Origin: Hamiltosporidium tvaerminnensis FI-OER-3-3
Taxonomy: Eukaryota > Fungi > Microsporidia
Reading direction: 5' to 3'
Assembly: GCA_022605425.2 (NCBI GenBank)
Contig: CM061255.1
Coordinates: 558,001 to 622,000, forward strand
Length of the DNA: 64,000 bases
Both the position numbers and the translations under genes were made by a program. Numbering within the stretch: position 1 is the stretch's first letter; each line of letters opens with the position of its first letter. This document shows positions 25,364 to 36,967 of this stretch, piece after piece. Below the pieces are notes generated by a model. It was not told where the DNA came from. It did no database searches and worked only from the letters and a program-made list of their open reading frames with translations.

Positions 25364-27730
25364 TATCTTTACGATATTGTGAAAGTCATGTTTAGAAGGA
25401 ACGCCTCAAGCTGATGGACTATTGTGGACTTACTTACCTGATACCTAAAGTTGCACTAAAGATTGGTCCTGATTACAGGCCAATAACCTGTATATAAAAT
25501 CTGTATAGACTAACTACAAAGTGTGCTTCTAAAGTGGCACGGATTAAGGCTGAAAAACGAGCATTCTTTAAGATAATCAGCTGGAAACGGTTAGAGGAGG
25601 AGAAAAGGCGAATAACAGGCTCTATTGAATCTTTCTTTCAATAAAGAAGGCGGAAACAATCTTAAGGCAACATGGATTGATGTTAAAAAAGCTTATGGTT
25701 CAATAGATCATGCTTATTTGACTCAATGCATTGAAAACCTTACTTTACCCGATTGGATCCTGAAATTTATTAAGGTAATTATATCAAAATAGAAAATTGA
25801 TATATCAATAGGTTCTTAGAAAAGCAGGGCAAAAAATAGAAAAAAATTTCGCACGGAAATACTTTGATACCATTGTTGTTTCCGTTCTATGGATCCATTG
25901 AGCCGAAAGCTTAATGAGAAATGCACAAAGGTGACAATCCAAGCAGATGCAGAATCCCACGCGACTAATCATCTCTTGTTTATTCATGATCTTAAGCTCC
26001 TTGCCGAAGATTGGTCCACATTGGAAGAAATGACAAAGAAGGTTAAAAACTTTATGAATAATATAGGATTGGAGATTAACAAAGAGAAGTCAACCACTAA
26101 TGATCCATGTTGTGAAGATACTGCTACTCTTCTTGAAGGAATAGATGTTTATAAATACCTTGGAATTATAGAAGATAGCAGAGGAATTCCAACAAGTAAG
26201 TCGTTTGAGGAAGTACAGACTAAACTTATAGTACGAGTAGAAAGACTTTGCTGCACGAGATTAAATTCAAAAAATTTATTTCAAGCCATTAATCAACATG
26301 CAATTTCTTTACTGAACTATCTTACAGGTGTACTCGCACCAGAACCGGCTGACTTCTACAAGTTAGATTATGCGGTGCGTGCAGTGTTAGTAAAGAACAA
26401 AATACATCTATGCCCAGAATGTAAAGAACGTCTATAACTTCCACGTAAAGAACTTGGAAGAGGTTTACACAGTGTCGAGTTCAAAAGCGAACATATGCTT
26501 TTGCCACTCTTGGATTGTCTGGAAAAACATAAAGATACATCGACCAAATAGCAGCAATCCTAAAGGTTGTGAATAATAATAAAACCCACCTTTCACTAAT
26601 CAAAAACTTTTTAAAAATAAAATACGGGTTGGAAAAGGATGTCACAAAAAAGAAATAGGAGAAAGCTCAACTAGCTAACCTATAAAACGAAATCAAAAAC
26701 CGAAAACACCATTCAAAGTTATATAATGCAAGAAAAAATGAGATTGTGAGTGTTAGTGACTCTTTAAGATGGCTCAAAAAAGAGAATATTAGGCCTCGTG
26801 ATGAAGCAGTGTTTGCTGAATCCAAAATAGAAATGTATTCTGCCGAGCAAAAGAGTATTGTAAAAACTGCAACCAGTCTAGGAAAACAGTAGATCACTTA
26901 GCAACGAGATGTGACAAAATGCTTGGTCATGACTATACTAGACGACATAATGAAGTGGTACGATGTATACATTTACTCTTGCTGAATAAATATAAGTTTT
27001 AGTCTTTGGAACGAATTAGAAGCCACTCAGTTCAAGAAATTTTTGATAACGAGTATGCAGAGATAAGAGTGGATACTAGATTAAAAACTGATGTCAAGAT
27101 TCGGTGTAAAAGACCAGATATAATTATTTTAGACAAGAGACAGAATGGGATAACCCTCATCAGAGTATGAATCACATTCCAAGACTCTCTTCAAATAGTT
27201 AAAACAGAGAAGCTTAGGAAGTATGACCTATTAGCAAATGAGTTAGGTCTTATTTATAAATGCAGTGTAGAGATAATTCCTTATGTGATGACCTGGGACG
27301 GTATTGTGATAAAATACCATAAGACGATGTTAAGAGACTACAAATACCCATGAATATAGAGGCATATATACAATCCATAGTACTCAAGAAGACAGTCGAA
27401 ACAATTTCTTTTGATCGACGAAGACTTTTTATCGACGAAGAGGACTTGAGTCTAGACTAACTGCCGAAGAGAACATCATTAAGTGTCATTAGGAGCTGAG
27501 ATTCATAAACAACCAATATCCCATTTAAAGCTAGTAGACAACGAGGAAGATGATGTTAAAACGGAAAATAAAAAACAATTTTACTTCTTATTTCGGATGG
27601 CATAACCACCGCAAAATAACCAACAATTAGAAAAAATGGAGAGTTGGAGGACGAGATAGAAGTGGTTGAAACGGTGGAAAGAATTATATAAAAGAGAAAA
27701 ATTTTTTAAGCCAGAATTTAATTAAATAAA
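25364..27730 (+). mobile_element. 5'-truncated, decayed RLE non-LTR retrotransposon, subfamily B
   Basis: Colinear with 53581-55975 (reverse strand) with many stops and frameshifts; ORF fragment 25889-26437 is RT; TSD ATAATTTTAAA at 25352-25362 and 27731-27741. Confidence 0.93.
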
Positions 27731-27764
27731 ATAATTTTAAAATTAAAACTATTTTTTTTAAGTC

Positions 27765-28610
27765 CGCAGTGGAGGGAGGGTAAACACATTAAAATCCATC
27801 TGCTTGACAATGAGTATGTGAAATTGGTGTTAAGATTATTGTTCTGTGTTTTGGAGGAAATAAAACCACATTTCATTTTATGCTGTTCTATTGGTATTTG
27901 TATGAAGAGGACGGCTGTTTATGAAATGGTAAAACTTTTCTACAAATCTATTTTTTAGTTTTTTACGTAGCGATCGCAGACTGCAGCTGCATTTGTGTAA
28001 ATAATCATTTAAGAGCAATAACCGAACCCTGCTTAGTTGAGTTGCCGACTTAGCGTCTTAGGGGATAAAAAAGGACACAATTTAAAGCCATAAAGCTAGT
28101 GATCATGTTATGCTTGTTGATATGACTTTGGATTGTCTGGGTCATTGGTACTTAACTTTTTAAGTAAGCGGCCCCTCTTTGAATTGAAAGTTGGTCCCTG
28201 CACCCCCAATGAAAAAGCGTTTCGATTTTTTGGAAATTTGTTGCATATTTTTTTTACAAAAAAACCATAGCTAAATTTCTGTATGAGCTTAAGATTTTGA
28301 CGGGGGCTTCTGTCGCGCTCCAAAAAATATCTTCGCCCACCCCTGGGAAGCGGGAAACTTCGTGTAAGAACCGCTGGTCTGGGTAAATACCATATAACTT
28401 GCTGATGTATATCCTATCCGGAAGTTTATTAGGTTCGAGAAGTGTGGATAGACAGCTGAATGGAGTTGCGATGGTCCAAAATGGATTTAACTACTATCCC
28501 ACACCTGTAGCGGAAATTAATAAAATCAGGGTAAATTTCTGGCTATTTATTGGTTTCTATACATCTTTTGAATGAGAGCATTGGGATGTAGGTATTGCAG
28601 AAGTACCAAT
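27765..28610. repeat. Unclassified ~630-bp repeat, copy 2, interrupted by a hAT MITE
   Basis: Colinear with copies 1 and 3 once 28143-28384 is removed. Confidence 0.72.
28143..28376. mobile_element. hAT-type MITE (234 bp)
   Basis: Perfect 8-bp TSD GTCTGGGT (28135-28142, 28377-28384). Imperfect TIRs CATTGGTACTTAAC / rc CAGCGGTTCTTACAC are of the CAGTGGTTCT hAT type. The empty site (GTCTAGGT) is seen in repeat copy 1. Confidence 0.85.
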
Positions 28611-29490
28611 AGAAAATTTTGGAAGTTATATATAAAACGTAAAACTACGTATATGCTATGAAAAAAACATAACTTATGCTCTTTTTATAGCAAGACGTGA
28701 TATTTTTAGATATTAATGGTTAATATTTCAAATTTTATCGAAATTCAATACCAAGAGAAGTTGGATAGTGTACAAAGTTAGAATAATGTAACGATATAAA
28801 AAATTTTATTCATTCCTGCTTTTCTATAGAACACAGATTATAGAAATAGGTGGGTTTATAAAAATAAAATGTGTCATAAAGGTTAAGGCACAAGCGAATT
28901 AGCTGTTTCAGTTTGAAATAGGCGGGTTTTATGCATAGAACAAAAAATAAACTTATTTATGTTTAATGTCAAGTTGATTTCAGAGCATTTAGTGTTAAAT
29001 AGAAAAAAGAAAGCCAAAAAATACAATTAGAACGAAAAAGTAATTCTCTGACTGCAGTAAAGAGATATAATAATATTAAACACCTGTGGTTAAATAGAAA
29101 TTTAACAAACGAAAGACGAGCACGAAAATATAAAAAAAACAATGTAATAACTTTATACTATAGTTCTTTTTTATATTTTCTTTCAAGATATAAATTTTTT
29201 TATGTTTAAGATTACAACATGTTTAGATTATTTTACCATAAATAAAAAAGAATCATAGGTTATAAACTTATATTTGAAAAACACATCTTTTATATTTTCT
29301 TAAAATAGCGAAATTCCTTACTTTTTAAAATTTTTATTTAAAAAATTTAATAAAGCCTTTTAAAGGACATTTTTTGGTTAAAAATCTACTTTTTTCGTAT
29401 ATGAGTTTCCATTTTTAGCTAATTTGGTCCAAATTATTTTCAAATTTTTAATTTACGACTGAAATATATATTCGGGAAGAAACCCTTATT

Positions 29491-31791
29491 ATGGAAGACA
29501 GTATGAATAAAGTTTCCTATGGATTGATTTTTTTATTTTTAAAAACAGTATTAGTCTCGTATCCATACCAGCAAGTATATCCTACTGAGAACTGTACCAG
29601 TTCCAATCCAACGTATCCACAACAGAATAATTTTGGTCTTTACCATCCAAATTTTACAAATTTCTATGGGAATATTGGTAATTCAGCAATAAATTCAACT
29701 GTTTACTCGCCTTCAAGTTTTTCTGCTAATTTTCATCGGTTTCGACCATATGATATATTTCCCAGAAATATTACTTTTCCAACAAATAATTCAGAAAATA
29801 TCCCATCATTTTTAATTCACCAACCATTTCCTTTTTATAATAGCTTTCACCCATATTGGCCAAGTTATAGGCAGAGTGAGATGTTTTTACAGAACTATTC
29901 TACTATTTATTCTGAAACGAATGCCGCATCCATACCTCCTATTTATAATCAAAATTATACAGCCCATGATAGATTGGCAGAGCAGAGAATTAATCCAGAA
30001 CCACCTCGGAATATTCAAGTAGAAACCAATGTATCTGATGATATATTAAACATACAGAGCGGTGCTTTACAAACAAATTCAATTATTAATTCAATATGTT
30101 CGTCTTCGGAGGCACAAAGAACATTCAACACAATAAATACGGAAAATGAAATGCAGAATATAATTGATAAAGCCAAAACTAATAATGCGAGAAGTTCAAC
30201 CAATCAAGAATCTGGAAAAATGTCTGAATCTTCCAATCAAGATAAAATTTGTTTTGAAAACCGAACAAATACTGATGTTGATAATAGAAGTAGAACTTTA
30301 GAAAACCAAATCAGAGAAATGCTACACAAAATGGAAAAATATATTGCTACCGCGAATAATCTGGCTTTGATACCTCTATTTGTCGATAAAGATTCTTTGC
30401 AAACAAATATTAAAAGTGTTGGAGATAAGATTAGAGAATTCTCCATGACAAGATTTCGAAATTCAGATAAATATTTACTAATCAGTATGTATGTGATGCA
30501 AAGAACCTATGAATATAATTTTAAAAATTTCAAACATTTATTAAATACTGGCAGTATAAACGCAAATAATACATTGTTTCCTAAATGTTTATTTGAAAGA
30601 TTCAAGGGATCTAAAAACCATTTCTCAGAATCTAGGAATAAAGAATTAGAAATATGCAGTAGTCTGATTCTCTCAGGTTTGAAAAGTACTATTTCGAATT
30701 TCTACCCATCATTGGCTACAAATACAGATCATAATTCTGAAAAAAATTTAATTTCCAATGACGAGTTAAATCTCAAATTTCAAAATGAATTGAAAAATAT
30801 TGAAAAAAATATTTCAAATCAAGAATATTTTGTCAATATATGTTCATGTTTCAATGACATTGAAGAAAAATCATTTGACTCTATGTTTGCGCTTGAAAAG
30901 ATAAAAAATATTCTAAAAATAAACAGCATATACGATATATTGAACCTCCTCACGAACTCCACACAAACCATATTGGTATATGAAATAAAGGTATTCCTTA
31001 ATTTATACAGCAAAGACATTGAAAAACGCATAAAGAAAAATCATGTAATTTCAATGTGTTTTTTTTTAAAAGCACTGGTAAATTATTTTGGAAATATCAA
31101 CCTTGAAAAACTCTATCTTACAAAAAATAAAAACCAAGAACGGGCTGAAAAAATAAAGTTGCTTAGACTAGAAGTCTGTAAAAAGTTGTTTTTCGTTGGA
31201 AAATTATTTGAAAATTTACTCAGATGTTTAAAAAACCACGAAACCAAAGCAAATTTCTATGGATTATTGAATGTTTGTCGTTTTCACAATTTAATATTAA
31301 AATCATATACAAATGATGTTACATTATTCAGCTTACAAATCCCTTTATATATTTCAATGATTTTAGAACTGAGTATTGATTTTGATAGCGAAACAACGAT
31401 AGAATTCATTTCGTTTATTCTATTTGTAGTTAAACAAGAAAAATTAACGTATGCGGATTTTTATAATGATAAGTTTGAATATTTCTTAGAAAAGAGCAAT
31501 GTAAATGTCAAAAATATAATTAAAAAAAACCATGATTTTACCGCTAAAGATAATATCTATTCCCAAAGCACTGCTGATATGGATAATTGTACTATCATTG
31601 CAAAAGATTTTTTGGATAGAGATAAAACAAAAAATAATAAAAACCGAAGACTAAAAACACTATACATTTCTCAATTAAATTACATGGTTCTTTTAAAGAA
31701 AAAAAATTTGTGCTTTCTTAGCAATTTAAAGTATAGTAATAAGTTTTTCGAAAAAATTAATCAACGAATAGAACAATTTTATGGTGATTAA
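29491..31791 (+). CDS. Hypothetical secreted/host-exposed protein (766 aa)
   Basis: Long open frame; CCC motif (ACCCTTATTATG); hydrophobic signal-like YGLIFLFLKTVLVS; P/Y/N/F-rich low-complexity N-terminus followed by a helical region. No recognised domain. Confidence 0.8.
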   Translation: MEDSMNKVSYGLIFLFLKTVLVSYPYQQVYPTENCTSSNPTYPQQNNFGLYHPNFTNFYGNIGNSAINSTVYSPSSFSANFHRFRPYDIFPRNITFPTNNSENIPSFLIHQPFPFYNSFHPYWPSYRQSEMFLQNYSTIYSETNAASIPPIYNQNYTAHDRLAEQRINPEPPRNIQVETNVSDDILNIQSGALQTNSIINSICSSSEAQRTFNTINTENEMQNIIDKAKTNNARSSTNQESGKMSESSNQDKICFENRTNTDVDNRSRTLENQIREMLHKMEKYIATANNLALIPLFVDKDSLQTNIKSVGDKIREFSMTRFRNSDKYLLISMYVMQRTYEYNFKNFKHLLNTGSINANNTLFPKCLFERFKGSKNHFSESRNKELEICSSLILSGLKSTISNFYPSLATNTDHNSEKNLISNDELNLKFQNELKNIEKNISNQEYFVNICSCFNDIEEKSFDSMFALEKIKNILKINSIYDILNLLTNSTQTILVYEIKVFLNLYSKDIEKRIKKNHVISMCFFLKALVNYFGNINLEKLYLTKNKNQERAEKIKLLRLEVCKKLFFVGKLFENLLRCLKNHETKANFYGLLNVCRFHNLILKSYTNDVTLFSLQIPLYISMILELSIDFDSETTIEFISFILFVVKQEKLTYADFYNDKFEYFLEKSNVNVKNIIKKNHDFTAKDNIYSQSTADMDNCTIIAKDFLDRDKTKNNKNRRLKTLYISQLNYMVLLKKKNLCFLSNLKYSNKFFEKINQRIEQFYGD

Positions 31792-32599
31792 ATAAAATAA
31801 ATAAATTTTTATTTGAAATTGCTCAAATCTCTATTATATTTTTTTTCCTTTGATAGAAGCAAGTTTAATGTGTAAAATTGTGTAAAAGTCTTAAAATATT
31901 CTAATTCTGGTAAATAAAACCAGTAGTATTAAATATTCAATGAAGTAATGAAAGAAACAATAAAAAACGCAATTCAATAATCAATATAATGTATAAAATT
32001 GTAGAATAAATGCATTTTTTTTAATAAATAACTTATCCTGACTATATATATGAAAACCCGCTGTGTCTTGAATTAAAACTAGGTTAGGTTTTTACAATAT
32101 AAATCTCCGTATGTTATCTTGAATCCGAATTCACTAACGCAAACCTTAAAAGCAGAAATTGATTAAATAAACCAAAAATCATTCTGAATCAGTTACATAT
32201 TAATTTTATTTTAAATTGATGAGTTTCATAAAAATTTTGAGTATGATTAATTACTTACCAAATCAAAAAAAAGGTTTTTTTGACTCTCATGTATCGAAAA
32301 AAATATTAATGTTTTTAACCTGATAATTCTCTGAAATACAATCGAAACAACTCAAAATTTCTGCCAATTTTTTTTCTAAACGAATATGCTGATAAAATTA
32401 TATCAGAATTATAACAAACTTACTTACGTATTCCAGTTCTTTTTTAGCTCTCGGTATGAAAGAAAAAGTAAATTTTTCGATTTTTTTCATTTAATCTGTT
32501 CTAGCTAACTATTACAGAAGATTCGCGATATATTTAGAGTGATTATATTCCACCTTAGACTTTAACTATGATTTTTACACCAATTACACACACTCATCC

Positions 32600-33750
32600 C
32601 AAAAAAGTTGGTTTTCAATGCGGTTATTCTTACTCTATTAAAGAATACATACCAATGGAAAATTTTGCTTATTATTTTTTGTGTGGACAAAATTCTGGGA
32701 GTATTCACTTTAATATGAAATAAAAAAGGATGAAGATACATCAGGGATATGTAATACTATGCCAATTCAAAACGGTTAATGCATTTCCTAAAGTATTTGG
32801 GCAAATACGGACAGATTATCGGAAGAATACAGAAGAAATGATTTGGCTTTTAAAAGACAAGGATTAGAAACAAACAGAGAAAGAAAATTCCCATAAGGTA
32901 GTGCTGTAAAATATAGTAGCTTGATCTAAATTCTATGTATTTATTAAAGTCTTGCGTTAATAAAAGATAATTTGGTGCATCTAATACATATGTATTATAA
33001 AAGAGTTCAAAAGACGCTAGTATAGGGGTTGAAATTATTACAATAGATCAATTGAATAACGTTTATTTATGAAAAAAATCAACATTCCATATAGGAAATA
33101 TATTATAATACAAGAGTAATTTGACCTGAACTGGCAATTTTTAAAATTTGTGATGCGTCCAGATGTGTGCTTAAACTAATATACACAGATTATACAGCAA
33201 TATAATAACACCTTAATTCACTAAATCCTAACTTAAAAAATTCTAGGTGGTTTAGTTGTGAACTAAACACATGCTTTTGGAACTCTTTGCTTATCTGAAA
33301 AGAGAATCAACCAATTTAAGCAAAACAGCAGTAATATTATTTATTCTAAATATAATTATGTCTGTATTCCACTAATAAATGACATCCACCAAGTGAATTA
33401 TAAATTAGAAATAATCCCAAGAAAAAATATTAAAAGAAGCTTAACATAAAAGGTTCTAGAATGAAATCTCATTTATAAATATAAAATCCAAAAAAAAGCA
33501 CGAGTCTATTAATCACTTACTTATAATCAAAAAGTAATATGTGTACATCTATGAAACAATTTTTTTGATATTTCCTGAGATGAGAAGATATTTTAGATCT
33601 TAATAAGCCGATATCGTTATAAAAATCATTCTGAAATACGGTAGAGCACTTAGTGGCTCAATGTAAAAAATCGCATGATCATGGCTAGACTAGATAGCAA
33701 AATATATTGGTTGATGCTAAAAGATTTTTTTTGCTTGCTTCTTTCCTTAC
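32600..33750 (+). mobile_element. Possible ancient, highly decayed RLE retrotransposon remnant
   Basis: Fragments GLETNRE, SRWF, KKHESINHLL and NKPDIVIK occur in the same order as GLEINKEK, SRWL, KTVDHL and NRPDIFI in the intact element. Boundaries are approximate. Confidence 0.35.
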
Positions 33751-34723
33751 ATAAATGAAATATGAACTAAAAATGAATTACAGCTTGCCCAAATTAAAGC
33801 ATTCGTTAAAAAGTTTTCTTGTGAAGTTTTAGGTTAGTCAAGCCAACAAAACCTCTCATTTCGAAGAAAAAAAGTGCAAAACAGTCATATAAGCTGAAAA
33901 CGCCTACACCTGTTTGTTCTAGAGATATAATATAAATTTACAAAACAAATTGTAAGTCAGTTTGTTTAAAAACTTATCGATGACGGGTATCTGGAAATAA
34001 GATAATACACTCCGATTAAACCAATGTTACAATCAGGAATAATAGACTCGAATTATTTAGTGAATATGAGGATAATAATAATATCTCGTAGGTGTAAATA
34101 TTCATTTGAGATTTACTTCAAATGATTAAACTTGGAAAAATCTAATTAGGATAACTTACTATCCGAGGAAATAGTTCTCAAGTATAAGCTTGATATTTCG
34201 ATAAGCTCTTCATTGAGATTCGAAAATAACATTACAAAATATCATAAATTGTGTTTAAAAAAACTACAAATACACAAGACTTTAGAGACTTATACAAACT
34301 CAATAGCCCATAAAAAAACAGTCGAAAAAGATTAATCTAATCGAGGAAGATGACACATCTAGAGATATTTTTCGAATTGCATAAGAATAGTCATCAGTGG
34401 ATGTAATAAAAGAACCAAGAGAAGCCTAAAAACCTATACCTACACTAAAAAATAACGCAGATGGGAGATGTGCAAACATTTGAATCAACAGTTTTTCGAT
34501 TTCTATGTGAGGATATAATGACCGAAACCAAACAATCAAGCATAAAAAAGTTTTGTAAAACGAGAAATTCTAACTAAGCAATTGAAAATAGGAAAGAAAA
34601 ATATCCGATATTTAATAAATTTTATATAGAAAACTACACTTCATTTATTTAACAAAATTATTTATTAACATCAAAAAATACATTTAAAACACAATAAATC
34701 ATTTACTTACACAAAAATATTTA

Positions 34724-36967
34724 TTAAAATTTACAATAAAAATCTTTCAAAAGCTCTTCTGTAGAAATACATTTAGCTGAATAATAGCAGGTCATAAGTA
34801 AGGAAGGAAATCTTTTAACATAATAATCCACGTATCCTTCGGGAAATGAAATGTATAGTTGTTTAATTTCACTAGGCAGTTCTTTGTAATGCCTGCCTTT
34901 ATTACGGATTGCCCTTAAAAGTCCTTTAAGTGTTGAGAAATTGTAATTTCTAAAAATATTGAGTTCCTCTTCAATTCTCTTGTCTAAATACAAAATCCAA
35001 GATTTATTAAAAACCTTCCTTTTGTTTCTTTCAAGTCTTAAAAAAACCCTTTTTGATTCCTCGGTTTTGTTTTCTAAAATATCACTAAGGTTTGCAAGAA
35101 AGTTAAACTTTTTTTCGTTATCCCAAAAATATGGATGACAACCCACATTAAAAATGTCTGGCCGATCCATATAATGTAATTTGAGACAATGACATACCAA
35201 ATCATGTAAATTATGATCATTCAAATAAACCAATTTATACTTGTCATTAAGTATATTCATTTCAAAATCATTTTCAGTATCTTTAATGATATTTTTACAC
35301 AAACTAGTTTCAATTGGATTTATCTTTTTAATTTCATTTGTAGAATTTTTTGATTCAACCTTTTCTAAATTTTTATTCTTTGATTTATGTTTTTTATTAC
35401 TTACTTTATCTTCATATGGAGGAGAATCGGGTTTTTTATTTGGTAAAGATTTATTATTTTTTTGATCTCCCGTCGTTTCATTTGAAGGTGAATCCGACTT
35501 TTCATCATCAGAGAAATACATATTTTCAAGTGGAATACCGTTTACATTCAAATCGAAAGGATGTCTTCTTGTAATTAAAAAATATAAAATAATTCCCAAT
35601 CCAAAAATATCTGCTTTAAAAGCCATCTGAGAATTTAAATTTTGAATTTTATGGTTAAAAAGTATAATTTCATTACTTCTAAAATTTTTACTTCCGATTT
35701 CATGTTCTAAAAATGACAGGTTACTATCTAAATACCTTGCATCTTCAAAATCTGTCAAAATACCACATCCATCGTTTCTAATACATACTGATTGATAACT
35801 TAAATTTAAATGTGAAATATTTTTTGAGTGTAAAAACATGATTCCATTCAAAATATCACAACTTAATCTTCTTAAACAGTTAAAATTATTACAATCATAC
35901 AAACTCTTACAATATTCAGTTACAATCAAAGTACTCCATCTTCTTTTTTCCTGATAAAAATATCCCACAATATTTAAACTTTGATTCTTTCGTAAAATAT
36001 TTACCTCATTCTCACTTCTAATATCCCCCTTTTTATACACCTTAACTATTACAACTGTTTTATCAAAAAATCCTTTTCTTACAACATAATTCTTCCTATC
36101 TGCAATAATTTCTTTAATATTTACAACATTTCTTTTGGATCGAAATATAATGATTGTCAGAACAATAACTACAAACGATAAAAGATATACAAGTTTACTT
36201 CTTCGATTACTTTTAATGTATGGCAATGCCATTTTAGAAACAGTAAATATTTTACTAAAATAATAATTATTATAATGTTTCTTTATCATGTAAGCACCAA
36301 CAATATTTGAATTAAATTCTACAGTTTGAAATTTGGTTTTTAAAAAAACAGAATTTCTTTGAAATATCAAGTCCTCACATACACTGGTAAATGGATAATA
36401 AATATAAGAAAAAAATATTTTTCTATTGTAGTACGATAAGGCATCAATAGCAGTTATGGTAACATTTACAATAAACACATGTATTTCTATATTATTTATA
36501 AATATTTTATGAATTGTCACATTTTTATCGGAGACTAAAACTGTATTACGGACTATTTTGGGAGATTCGATTATTTCTACAATTGATAAATTCATACTGA
36601 CTAATTTTCCATTTTCTTTATAAAAAAAATATCCATTACTGTCTAAAAAGAGACTATCAATAAATTTTTTATGGCTTGGTAATACTTTTTCTTGATCTTC
36701 TTTAAGGAGAATATTTTTGGTATTTTCAAATTCTAAATTCAAATTTTCTTCTTTAGAATGTTTATTATTATATTCTGTTAAATTTAAAGAAGAATTTGGT
36801 GTAAAATATGTAAGTCCAGTGTGTTGATTGCTATCTTCATTTATAATGTGATTAATGTTCAATAATGTAGTCACCTTCATCGTTTCTTTATCTAAAACAT
36901 GTAAAAAACCATCCTGTGTTTCAATTATTAATAAACCGCATGCAAAAAGTTGTACAAATAATAGCAT
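34724..36967 (-). CDS. IRE1: IRE1-like ER transmembrane (pseudo)kinase/endoribonuclease
   Basis: Signal peptide; luminal start LIIETQDGFLHVLDKET; TM LVYLLSFVVIVLTIIIF; kinase fold; KEN RNase domain HPYFW...LLRAIRNKGRHYKELP...RFPSLL. True start is probably the ATG at 36967 after CCCTA. Confidence 0.9.
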   Translation of the reverse strand: MLLFVQLFACGLLIIETQDGFLHVLDKETMKVTTLLNINHIINEDSNQHTGLTYFTPNSSLNLTEYNNKHSKEENLNLEFENTKNILLKEDQEKVLPSHKKFIDSLFLDSNGYFFYKENGKLVSMNLSIVEIIESPKIVRNTVLVSDKNVTIHKIFINNIEIHVFIVNVTITAIDALSYYNRKIFFSYIYYPFTSVCEDLIFQRNSVFLKTKFQTVEFNSNIVGAYMIKKHYNNYYFSKIFTVSKMALPYIKSNRRSKLVYLLSFVVIVLTIIIFRSKRNVVNIKEIIADRKNYVVRKGFFDKTVVIVKVYKKGDIRSENEVNILRKNQSLNIVGYFYQEKRRWSTLIVTEYCKSLYDCNNFNCLRRLSCDILNGIMFLHSKNISHLNLSYQSVCIRNDGCGILTDFEDARYLDSNLSFLEHEIGSKNFRSNEIILFNHKIQNLNSQMAFKADIFGLGIILYFLITRRHPFDLNVNGIPLENMYFSDDEKSDSPSNETTGDQKNNKSLPNKKPDSPPYEDKVSNKKHKSKNKNLEKVESKNSTNEIKKINPIETSLCKNIIKDTENDFEMNILNDKYKLVYLNDHNLHDLVCHCLKLHYMDRPDIFNVGCHPYFWDNEKKFNFLANLSDILENKTEESKRVFLRLERNKRKVFNKSWILYLDKRIEEELNIFRNYNFSTLKGLLRAIRNKGRHYKELPSEIKQLYISFPEGYVDYYVKRFPSLLMTCYYSAKCISTEELLKDFYCKF

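Noticed and set aside
25431-25440. TACTTACCTG resembling the U1 snRNA 5' end
   Set aside because: It lies within retrotransposon coding sequence (GLTYLIPK).
32078-32092. TAGGTTAGGTT telomere-like repeat
   Set aside because: Only two units; no array.
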